The notes beneath the pieces were generated by a model. The model ran no database searches, was not told where the DNA came from, and was given only the letters and a program-made list of their open reading frames with translations. From Spirochaetota bacterium (lineage in GTDB: Bacteria; Spirochaetota; Spirochaetia; Treponematales; UBA12059), in the NCBI GenBank assembly GCA_018815555.1, contig JAHIWF010000317.1, positions 1 to 46,044 of the forward strand: a stretch of 46,044 nucleotides of DNA, read 5' to 3'. Below, one piece after another: positions 9,573 through 16,759 of this stretch. A program made the position numbers and the translations under genes. Within the stretch, counting starts at the first letter, position 1. Each line of letters opens with the position of its first letter.

Positions 9573-10311
9573 TGGAAATCCTTCGCTTGGCTCGTATGCC
9601 TGCGGGAGGGCTGGCAAACACCAGGTCAAATATATATAAAGCCGGTATGCTGGCTCCAGCCAAAATGGCCAGGCGGAAATGCATGGGTTGTATGAAGTTG
9701 ATAAAATTGAATAGTAATTCTACACCGTCACTGGCATACACCGAAAAAAGGTAGACCAGACCAAAGACTATGGGTGGACCAAGAAACGCGCCATACAGCG
9801 GGCGATTTTTAGTCAATCTGACAAAGGGCCAACAGGCGGCAATCAGGGCGGCAGGCGCGAGCAGCAGTAACAACATGATCAGCCAGCTTTCGGTCTGAAC
9901 GGCATCATAAAACGACAGATAGCCAATATAACCGGGAAACAGGCCGACAAGCCTGGATCCACCGGCAAGCGACAGCTCAAAGCGGAATGTCGGCAAGACC
10001 AGCCGGATCAGTGTGGACAATCCAGCCAGCATCAACCAGTTGAGAACGGTAAAGGTCAGGTAGCCGGTAAAGCGCTTTGTGTAAAGTCGGCTGGCCGAAA
10101 AAAAAGACAAAAAGCAGGAAATAATCACGGAGAGCGGGATCATGGCCAGTGGTATCTGCAGCAATTGGCTGCGTAGACGGGTAAGCAGATCGGCCTCGCT
10201 GTCTGCTCCCTGTCCATAATTAAGTGATAGCAGAATAATCAGGCTGGTAAAAACGGTAACGCACAGGAGCACTATGAAATACCTGATTGTGATACCGGCC
10301 AGTTTCTTCAT
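9565..10311 (-). CDS. Polytopic membrane protein (LptF/LptG-like N-terminal signature, no loop domain)
   Basis: Start taken at MKKLAGITIRYFIVLL (ATG 10311). About six hydrophobic helices. It is coupled to the downstream gene by an 8-nt overlap. Confidence 0.6.
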   Translation of the reverse strand: MKKLAGITIRYFIVLLCVTVFTSLIILLSLNYGQGADSEADLLTRLRSQLLQIPLAMIPLSVIISCFLSFFSASRLYTKRFTGYLTFTVLNWLMLAGLSTLIRLVLPTFRFELSLAGGSRLVGLFPGYIGYLSFYDAVQTESWLIMLLLLLAPAALIAACWPFVRLTKNRPLYGAFLGPPIVFGLVYLFSVYASDGVELLFNFINFIQPMHFRLAILAGASIPALYIFDLVFASPPAGIRAKRRISNA

Positions 10312-10317
10312 TTTATG

Positions 10318-10346
10318 AAGGTAGCATGCGTCGTGCCGCTTGACAA
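10318..10346 (-). promoter_or_regulatory. Sigma70-type promoter of the membrane-protein pair, leaderless geometry
   Basis: The minus strand reads TTGTCA (10346-10341), 17 nt, TACCTT (10323-10318), 6 nt, then ATG 10311. Confidence 0.4.
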
Positions 10347-10377
10347 GCCGAATATTCTGTAATCGTTGTATTCTTGC

Positions 10378-10391
10378 ACAACTTATCCACA
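10378..10391 (+). repeat. 14-nt direct repeat copy A (ACAACTTATCCACA) containing a perfect DnaA-box 9-mer
   Basis: TTATCCACA at 10383-10391. The same 14-mer recurs at 10588-10601, followed in both copies by ATTGGA...GATTCT. Confidence 0.6.
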
Positions 10392-10430
10392 AGGCTGATT
10401 GGAGATTCTTGGCATTTCGAGGCAATGTTT

Positions 10431-10451
10431 TTTGTGCAACATTTGCACAAA
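10431..10451. promoter_or_regulatory. 21-bp palindromic operator-like site
   Basis: TTTGTGCAA-cat-TTGCACAAA, with 9-bp perfect arms. It sits at the edge of a roughly 60-nt tract that is about three-quarters A+T by my count. Confidence 0.5.
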
Positions 10452-10587
10452 TTGTTTTTGAAAAGGTTTGATAACTTTTAATTGCTTTACTTATAAGTGT
10501 TTAAATGCCTTCTGAATGCTGCCGGCAAGTGGGCATCGACCTGATAGACTATACAAATGTGTATCTTTGAGTTTTCCCGAATTTCCA

Positions 10588-10601
10588 ACAACTTATCCAC
10601 A
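10588..10601 (+). repeat. 14-nt direct repeat copy B containing a perfect DnaA-box 9-mer
   Basis: TTATCCACA at 10593-10601, 5 nt beyond the stop codon (10607-10609) of the OmpR-type regulator gene. Confidence 0.6.
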
Positions 10602-10606
10602 GCTTA

Positions 10607-11242
10607 TCAGAGTATTGGATTAGAGATTCTGAAGCAGGATTTTTGAGCCCGCGGAAGGTCCGGAGCATCCCGCCCGCAGGCTGTCTGCAGGGTTTTGCGC
10701 AGGCGATGTATGCGCATGTCCAGGCTGCGTCCGTCACTTGGCAGGTCCATTAGGGCGGCTAGTGCTGTCCGTGGGATTCCGGCGGCACGGTTAGCCAGAA
10801 GGATGCGCAGCAGGCTAGCTTCCTGGTGTTTCAGCCGGTATGTACCTGTCCTGTGCATCAGGGTATGGCCCTGCAGCTGCCATCCAGCGCTGCCCGGCAG
10901 CTGCAGGGCGCTGTGGCGCACACGTTCGACTACTTCAGTCGGCCCGAAGGGTATAACCAGGTAATCGGTACAGCCGCAGCCAAAGGCTTCTGCCATTTCC
11001 TCAGCATGCCCGCTGACCAGCACCGGTATGGGCCAGCGTTCCGGCCCCTGGATTGCGGCAGCCAGTCGGAAAAAGGCCGTTGCCGGCAGCACGATTGCGT
11101 CCGGAGCATTTTTATTTTGGACTGCTTGGGCGATGCAGTCTGCGATTTCGCCGGTATAAAAAAAGAAGGAAGCATCGCTGCTTCCTTCTACTGGTTCTCC
11201 GCAGAAAAAATCCTCCCTGTCACCGACAAAGAGGATATTCAT
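10607..11242 (-). CDS. Atypical OmpR/PhoB-family regulator: pseudo-receiver plus winged helix
   Basis: The C-terminus LRILLANRAAGIPRTALAALMDLPSDGRSLDMRIHRLRKTL is Trans_reg_C-like. The N-terminal receiver-like half has AIVLPAT where the phospho-acceptor Asp is expected, and LVIPF instead of KPF. The ATG lies 2 nt after the pspA stop. Confidence 0.75.
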   Translation of the reverse strand: MNILFVGDREDFFCGEPVEGSSDASFFFYTGEIADCIAQAVQNKNAPDAIVLPATAFFRLAAAIQGPERWPIPVLVSGHAEEMAEAFGCGCTDYLVIPFGPTEVVERVRHSALQLPGSAGWQLQGHTLMHRTGTYRLKHQEASLLRILLANRAAGIPRTALAALMDLPSDGRSLDMRIHRLRKTLQTACGRDAPDLPRAQKSCFRISNPIL

Positions 11243-11244
11243 GT

Positions 11245-11958
11245 TCAGGACTGACCCTGTGCGCTTCCGGCCTCAGAGCCGTCGCCTACCATTTTGCGCT
11301 TCAGTTCTTCCAGCATCAGGTCTGCACCGGTACCGGAACTCTCCAGCTTGGCGAATTCATTCTCCAGACTGGAGGAAACCGAAAGGTTGGCCAGCTCGCC
11401 ATTAGCCTCTGCGCGGGCTTCGATTTCGTCAACCTTTTTTGCCATGCGGTCAAACGTTTCGAAGGCGCTGGTGTTGCCGGCCATACTGGTGAGGGTTTTT
11501 TGAATTTTTTCCTGGGCTTCGGCCCGCTTTGCCCTGGCAATAAGAATGTTTTTCTTGCGACTGGCTTCGTCGATTTTATTCTGCAGCATACGCAAGGTTT
11601 CTTTAAGCTTTTCAACAGCGGCTTTCTGGGATTCCCACTGTGGCCGTAGCTGGTTGTAATAATTTTCAGCTTCCTGTTTACGCAGCAGGGCTTCTTTAGC
11701 CAGGTCATCGCGTCCGGCTTTTACTGCCATAACCGCTTTTCGTTCCCATTCGTCTGCCTGGCGCTTCTGCTCCAGCAGTTCCCGCTCGATCTTCTTCTCG
11801 TCAGCTATGGCCATGGCCACAGCTTTTTTTGATTCGACCATCTGCTGATTCATGTCGATAATGAGCTGATTCAGCATCTTTTCCGGGTTTTCAGCTTTGT
11901 TGATGAGATCGTTGATATTTGATGAAACAACTCTCTTGAAACGGTCAAAAATGCCCAC
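11245..11958 (-). CDS. pspA: PspA/IM30 family protein
   Basis: 237 aa. MGIFDRFKRVVSSNINDLINKAENPEKMLNQLIIDM is the hallmark N-terminus and the rest is long coiled coil. GTG start with GGAGG 6 nt upstream. Confidence 0.9.
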   Translation of the reverse strand: MGIFDRFKRVVSSNINDLINKAENPEKMLNQLIIDMNQQMVESKKAVAMAIADEKKIERELLEQKRQADEWERKAVMAVKAGRDDLAKEALLRKQEAENYYNQLRPQWESQKAAVEKLKETLRMLQNKIDEASRKKNILIARAKRAEAQEKIQKTLTSMAGNTSAFETFDRMAKKVDEIEARAEANGELANLSVSSSLENEFAKLESSGTGADLMLEELKRKMVGDGSEAGSAQGQS

Positions 11959-11973
11959 GGAGTACCTCCTGTA

Positions 11974-12360
11974 TTATTGGTTCCGGTATTTGCCCAATAT
12001 ACTGTAGTGTTCAGCCAGCGCCATTCCGATGGAGTCAATGCTGGCTTCGAATTCACCTTTATCCATTGTTTCGTATTCCAGAGAATCAAGCAGAATTACA
12101 TCATCGCCTTCAATAGCGTAGGCTCCGTGGGTGATCGCGCTGGCATTGAGTACCAGCAGCTCACGGTAGAGTTCGGGATCTACCTTTGCCGGCATCGGCA
12201 TAACCTTGGCACTGATGATAACGATCGGCTCATCAATACTGACTACGATGCCCGGCAGTCCCCGCTCCGCATCGTTGATGAAATAGGTTTTTTCGCTGAT
12301 TTCCTGATACTCTACATTTAGATCCATCAGGTAGCTTTCTACTTTGCTCAGTCCTGCCAT
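11974..12360 (-). CDS. Small acidic cytoplasmic protein, YjfI/DUF2170- or YbjN-like PspA partner
   Basis: 128 aa with SD GGAGGAAG, 15 nt upstream of pspA. The pattern resembles my recollection of E. coli YjfI, which precedes the PspA paralogue YjfJ. This assignment is from memory only. Confidence 0.5.
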   Translation of the reverse strand: MAGLSKVESYLMDLNVEYQEISEKTYFINDAERGLPGIVVSIDEPIVIISAKVMPMPAKVDPELYRELLVLNASAITHGAYAIEGDDVILLDSLEYETMDKGEFEASIDSIGMALAEHYSILGKYRNQ

Positions 12361-12456
12361 GCTCTTCCTCCGGTTTTTGGTTCACGTGCCGGCTTGTCCG
12401 GTGTGGACTTTCCGACCACTGCTGATAGCCTTCGCGTTGCCTGCAGTCTTTATAAT

Positions 12457-12485
12457 GCGAAAACCTGCCGCCGGCAGGTTTTCGC
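12457..12485 (-). terminator. 13-bp perfect hairpin after the STAS gene (terminator or attenuator without a clear U tract)
   Basis: GCGAAAACCTGCC-gcc-GGCAGGTTTTCGC, 12 nt after the STAS stop. Confidence 0.45.
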
Positions 12486-12496
12486 AGATATATGAT

Positions 12497-13048
12497 TCAG
12501 CCCAGGAAAACCTGGCCGGAATTGTCTATTGCCAAAATTGTCTTGCATTCGGAACAGCGGAAACGTCCCGGTTTTGCCGCTTTAAGTTTTTTATTGCATA
12601 TAGGACAGGAAAAAATCTTGGGAAACACCGATTGGGTACTAACGGTAGCGCCTTGCTGGAAGAAAGCGGTAGCTTCGTCCAGGTTGTCTTTAATGTTAAA
12701 AAATTGGGAAAACCCTAAAAGCTGAAATACTTCATATACTTTGGGCTGTATTTCCAGGAGCACGATATCGCCGCTGCGTGGTTTTACTGCTTTCAGAAAT
12801 GCAGTGAAGCTGCCGATACCAGTCGACGAAACATAGTTAAGGCCTCCACAATTAAAAATCAGTTTTGCAAATCCTGCATCGATGGCCTTGCCGACCCGTT
12901 TCTGGAAGAAGTTGGAATTATATGTATCTATATAGCCCGTAAGAAAGAGCGCCAAGCAATTTTCTACATGATCTATTTTTTGGAGCCGAATTTTCAGGCT
13001 ATCGTCCTTTTCGTCGTCAAAGCCAGGAACGATATCATTGTTTGTCAT
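12497..13048 (-). CDS. STAS-domain anti-sigma-factor antagonist fused to a C-terminal zinc ribbon
   Basis: SpoIIAA-like core with the phosphorylatable-Ser context (LNYVSSTGIGSF). The C-terminus is CPIC-14 aa-CSEC. Start set at MTNNDIV (ATG 13048) behind GGAAGAGGAG. Confidence 0.85.
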   Translation of the reverse strand: MTNNDIVPGFDDEKDDSLKIRLQKIDHVENCLALFLTGYIDTYNSNFFQKRVGKAIDAGFAKLIFNCGGLNYVSSTGIGSFTAFLKAVKPRSGDIVLLEIQPKVYEVFQLLGFSQFFNIKDNLDEATAFFQQGATVSTQSVFPKIFSCPICNKKLKAAKPGRFRCSECKTILAIDNSGQVFLG

Positions 13049-13087
13049 GGTACTCCTCTTCCTTGCACGCATGCAGGGTTTTCTATC

Positions 13088-13115
13088 ATTATATACTAAA
13101 ACCAATACTAGTCAA
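13088..13115 (-). promoter_or_regulatory. Sigma70-type promoter of the STAS gene (TTGACT-16-TATAAT)
   Basis: Minus-strand hexamers at 13115-13110 and 13093-13088. Two further TTGAC motifs lie immediately upstream (13116-13135). Confidence 0.5.
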
Positions 13116-13236
13116 ACGTCAATGCTTTGTCAAATCTTCGGCAAAAAAGTGTGAAAAATATAGTCTAATCGCTTTTATGATTTCGCAACGCTTATCTCCG
13201 AACCTCATAACGCAATGCTACCCAGTATAAACTACT

Positions 13237-13995
13237 TTATAAAGAATACAAGCCGTCATCAGCATTAATTATAGTGCCATTTACGGTTTCAATGGCTCCT
13301 TCCAGCAAAAAGCGGCACAGCGCAGCGATGCTGGAGCTTGGCATCAGTCTTTTGCGGGCAGACAAATTACGCAGGCGGTCTCTGGTTTCTTCACTCAGAT
13401 ACTCAGTATCGACAAAGCCGGGGCAGATCATTGTACAGGCTACGCCCTGCCGGCTGAACTCGGCTGCAATTGATTTAACTATCACCGCCAGCCCGGTTTT
13501 GGCGGCTGCATAGGCCGCGTTATGCCGGTAGCCGCGGATTGTCTCGGTACGGGTACCGCCAAAAAGCAGAATGCGGCCAAAACCGCGCTCTGCCATCGCG
13601 CTGGCTGCTGCCGAGGCCAGTAGGCCGGGCAGCGTCAGGTTGCTGTATGTTGTAGCGCTCCATTCTTCGGCACTGGTATCGCGTAATGATTTTTCGATAA
13701 AACTGCCGCGGCTGATTACCAGTATATCCACAGTGCGTACCAGTTCCAGCAGGCGCGCAAGTTGTGCCTGGTCGTCCAGATCGGTACAATAAAGAACCGG
13801 GGGTAGTGCCGGCTGGCCGGCCGCCTCGATCTTCCGGGCCGCCGCAGCCAGTCTTGCCTGACTGCGGCCAAGTATATGCAGCTCGACAGGCAGACTGCTC
13901 ATAGCCTCTGCCAGGGCCAGTCCGATACCTCCGGTACCGCCCAGTATGAGCATTTTGCGGCCGTCCAAGCTTGATTTGTTTGTATCGCTTATCAT
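13237..13995 (-). CDS. Short-chain dehydrogenase/reductase (SDR)
   Basis: GGTGGIGLALA nucleotide-binding motif and a YAAAK catalytic motif. Start set at MISDTN (13995), because the longer ORF runs into the divergent methyltransferase gene. Confidence 0.85.
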   Translation of the reverse strand: MISDTNKSSLDGRKMLILGGTGGIGLALAEAMSSLPVELHILGRSQARLAAAARKIEAAGQPALPPVLYCTDLDDQAQLARLLELVRTVDILVISRGSFIEKSLRDTSAEEWSATTYSNLTLPGLLASAAASAMAERGFGRILLFGGTRTETIRGYRHNAAYAAAKTGLAVIVKSIAAEFSRQGVACTMICPGFVDTEYLSEETRDRLRNLSARKRLMPSSSIAALCRFLLEGAIETVNGTIINADDGLYSL

Positions 13996-14082
13996 ATGGT
14001 GTTTAAGCTCCAAGGAATCAGGTCGAGGATATGCCGCTTCGCTGGTTTTGGCAATGGGGCAGGCTAAGGGAGGGGATGGGCT

Positions 14083-14790
14083 ATGTCTGAAACTGCGGTT
14101 GTGTTGTGCCGGGTTGAATCCTCCGGCAATGTCGGGGCTATCTGCCGGGCTATGGCTACGATGGGGTTGCGGCGGCTGGTTTTTGCCGACTGCCCGGTGT
14201 TTGACGAGCTTGCAGTCCGGACCTGGTCGCTGGCGGCTTGGTCTTTGTATGAGCAGGCCGAGCATTACAGCAGTCTGACCGAGGCTCTGGCCGGCTTTTC
14301 CTATGCTGCCGCTTTTTCACGGCGTGCCGGGCGCAAACGCAAGGAAACCCTGGATGTACGCACTTGGGCTGATCTGATGGTTCTGCGCCAGCCTGAAAAG
14401 CTGGCTTTGGTATTCGGTAATGAGCGCGATGGCCTAAGTTCTGCCGAATTGGCGGTTTGTGATGACGCTGTGGCCATTCCTACGGATGAACTGCTTCCTT
14501 CGCTGAATATTTCACACGCGGTACAGTTGGCTGCCTGGGAGCTACGTCGCCAGGAGCTTCCGCTTCTGCCCGGTGGTCGCCAGAGTGCTGCGCGTGCGCA
14601 GATAGACAGGGCGGTGCAGCTAATTTGTAATAGCATGGAAGCTAATGGCCTGTTTAAACTGGGGGGCCGAGAGGATACCGGAGTGTTTCTGCGCGAACTG
14701 TCTGCCAGAGCCGGGCTTTCTGATACCGAGCTGGCCCGTTTACAGAAGTTGCTGACCAAGCATGCTGTGCTCGGCCGTATCCACGAATGA
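14083..14790 (+). CDS. SpoU/TrmH-class RNA 2'-O-methyltransferase, TrmJ-like
   Basis: VESSGNVGAICRAM, LVFGNERDGLS and IPT...SLNISHAVQL motifs. SD GGGAGGGG upstream. Confidence 0.85.
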   Translation: MSETAVVLCRVESSGNVGAICRAMATMGLRRLVFADCPVFDELAVRTWSLAAWSLYEQAEHYSSLTEALAGFSYAAAFSRRAGRKRKETLDVRTWADLMVLRQPEKLALVFGNERDGLSSAELAVCDDAVAIPTDELLPSLNISHAVQLAAWELRRQELPLLPGGRQSAARAQIDRAVQLICNSMEANGLFKLGGREDTGVFLRELSARAGLSDTELARLQKLLTKHAVLGRIHE

Positions 14791-14853
14791 AGCTGCCATG
14801 CTCTTGACCGCAGGCCGGCTGGGTAGTAGTCTTGTTGAAGAGGGCTGGAGGCA

Positions 14854-15309
14854 ATGATGAAAACGTTCCTTATTATCGTGTTCCTGATCGGTTTTGGCAT
14901 GATCTCAGCGCAGGAAGTTAGTCTCGGGGAGCAGCGTTTTACCACAGAGATGAACCTTGGCCATGATATTTCCAGTCTGGCCAGGTTGAGCGGCCAGTCC
15001 GATACCAATCTTAATGCCTTGCGCGGGCAAACTTTTTTTCTGCATGGTTCAATTGGCGCAGTTGTCGCTGAGACAGAAGAACCCTATCAGTTGGTCGTTG
15101 AGCTGCTGGCCGGCGAATGGCAGGGTACAAAAGCCTTGACCTTGCATCGTATTTTCCTGCTGGTGGATGACCCGGTCTTTGCCGAGCTGTTCCAGGATTC
15201 AGAGGGACGGCAGGTATCCGCCTTTGCGTATGAACCGCAGTTGGTGAGCGACGCTACTGGCCGACAGGTAATTATGCTGCGGCTGCGTAGTCTTTTGCTG
15301 GATCGATGA
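14854..15309 (+). CDS. Secreted hypothetical protein
   Basis: 151 aa with signal peptide MMKTFLIIVFLIGFGMISAQE. GGAGG at 14847-14851 favours the second ATG (14857). Confidence 0.65.
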   Translation: MMKTFLIIVFLIGFGMISAQEVSLGEQRFTTEMNLGHDISSLARLSGQSDTNLNALRGQTFFLHGSIGAVVAETEEPYQLVVELLAGEWQGTKALTLHRIFLLVDDPVFAELFQDSEGRQVSAFAYEPQLVSDATGRQVIMLRLRSLLLDR

Positions 15310-15314
15310 CCCTT

Positions 15315-16517
15315 TCAGAACAGCCGCGGCTGAGTGTCTGTCCAGCGGGACAGTAAATCTGTCTGGATATCTTCAGGGCGGATTGTATCTGTATGATCGG
15401 TAAGGACGCTGGCTCGTTCTATTACATTTTTTAGTTCGCGTATATTGCACGGCCAATGCCAGCTCATCAGCTTATCCAGTGCTGATTTGGTTAGATGGAA
15501 CACCCTGCCGAAGTTTTTCATGAAATGGGTGCAGAGCATAGGTATGTCTTCGGGATGATTGCGCAAGGGCGGCATTTCGATGACCAGGGTATCCAGACGG
15601 CTGAGCAGTTCCGGTCTGAACCGGCATTTGTTATTAAGGTGTCGGGCATTGGTTGCGGAAACAATGCGGATGTTGTAATCCAGCAGTTGATGCGAACCAA
15701 GTCTACTGCCTTGCCGCAATTCCAGGGTTCGCAGCAGTTTGGCCTGAACTGTCATCGGCAATTCTGCCAATTCATCCAGAAAAACGGTACCGGCTTTGGC
15801 TTTCTCAAAAACCCCTTCGCGTTGTACTGAATCGGTGTAGGCCCCACGTTCCGACCCAAATATCATGCTTTCTGCCAGATTTTCCGGCATTGAGGCGCAA
15901 TCTACAGCCAGGAACGGACCTTTTCTCCGGCCGGAGAGCTTGTGCAGCTCTCTGGCCGCCAATTCTTTACCTGTACCGGTTTCTCCAACAATCAGCACGC
16001 TGGTATCAAAACGCGCAAAACGCAGGATTGTGGAACGCAACTGCTGCATTTGGGAGCTTTCTCCCTTAAGCTGGCTGTCCTCTCTCTGCTTGGCCAGGCT
16101 GAGCTGGGTGTTTTCGCAGCCAGGCCTGCATATGTTTTGATTCCAGATCGCCTGCTTGCGTATTGTATGCAAATTTGCTAATACTTTTTTAATAATTTCT
16201 GGACGGAAAGGCTTGCCGATATAGTAATCTGCGCCGCCCTTGATGCAGTCCACCACGAATTCGAGGGGGCTATCGGCTCCACTGCAGAAAACCAGCAGTT
16301 CTTGGGCGAATTCATGCCTGGCCTGGTTTATCGCTTCCAGATCTTTAAAGCTGGCAGGGCTGATATCCAGGATCACACAGACGATTTTTGTAGTTTCGAG
16401 TTGGATGAGGGCTTCGGCGCAGGTTTTACAGGCAAAAGTGTCATAGTACTGAGAAAGCAAAGCCTGAAGCAGCATACGTTCCTGCTGATCGGGATTAATT
16501 ATCAGTATTTTTTTCAC
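15315..16517 (-). CDS. REC-AAA+ (sigma54-interaction-type) protein lacking a DNA-binding domain
   Basis: Receiver with Asp (VCVILDIS) and KPF. The AAA+ core has GETGTGKE and FLDE. The GAFTGA loop reads GAYTDS. The protein ends about 25 aa after WPCNIRELKNVIERA, with no HTH. GTG start. Confidence 0.85.
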   Translation of the reverse strand: MKKILIINPDQQERMLLQALLSQYYDTFACKTCAEALIQLETTKIVCVILDISPASFKDLEAINQARHEFAQELLVFCSGADSPLEFVVDCIKGGADYYIGKPFRPEIIKKVLANLHTIRKQAIWNQNICRPGCENTQLSLAKQREDSQLKGESSQMQQLRSTILRFARFDTSVLIVGETGTGKELAARELHKLSGRRKGPFLAVDCASMPENLAESMIFGSERGAYTDSVQREGVFEKAKAGTVFLDELAELPMTVQAKLLRTLELRQGSRLGSHQLLDYNIRIVSATNARHLNNKCRFRPELLSRLDTLVIEMPPLRNHPEDIPMLCTHFMKNFGRVFHLTKSALDKLMSWHWPCNIRELKNVIERASVLTDHTDTIRPEDIQTDLLSRWTDTQPRLF

Positions 16518-16759
16518 TATTTTACAGTACGGCGTTATTTGTCTTTTTGTTTAAATATCAAATGTATTTTAATAGTATTTCTGTAATATGTCCATTTTTT
16601 TGGGCTATTGGGCATGCATTTGTTGATTTACGAAAAACAGCCGGTTTATCCTTGCACTTGGTGCTTGCATGCAGGCCGTTCCTGTATTATTCTGAGAATA
16701 TAATATAGTAGTATAGTCGGGTATCAGGCTCGTATACACCGTTCGCAGAAGGAAAAAGT

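Noticed and set aside
10312-10606. Calling this region the chromosomal replication origin.
   Set aside because: There are only two DnaA boxes, no dnaA or dnaN nearby, and no visible switch in gene orientation. It is kept as a regulatory or titration-site finding, not annotated as oriC.
12427-12442. A possible sigma54 -24/-12 promoter (AGGCAACGCGAAGGCT on the minus strand) upstream of the pspA operon. A second candidate (TGGGCATGCATTTGT, 16606-16620) lies upstream of the HDOD gene.
   Set aside because: GG-N10-GC spacing holds only for the first, and its -12 region lacks TTGC. The second has GT instead of GC. Both are too weak to call without knowing whether rpoN exists.
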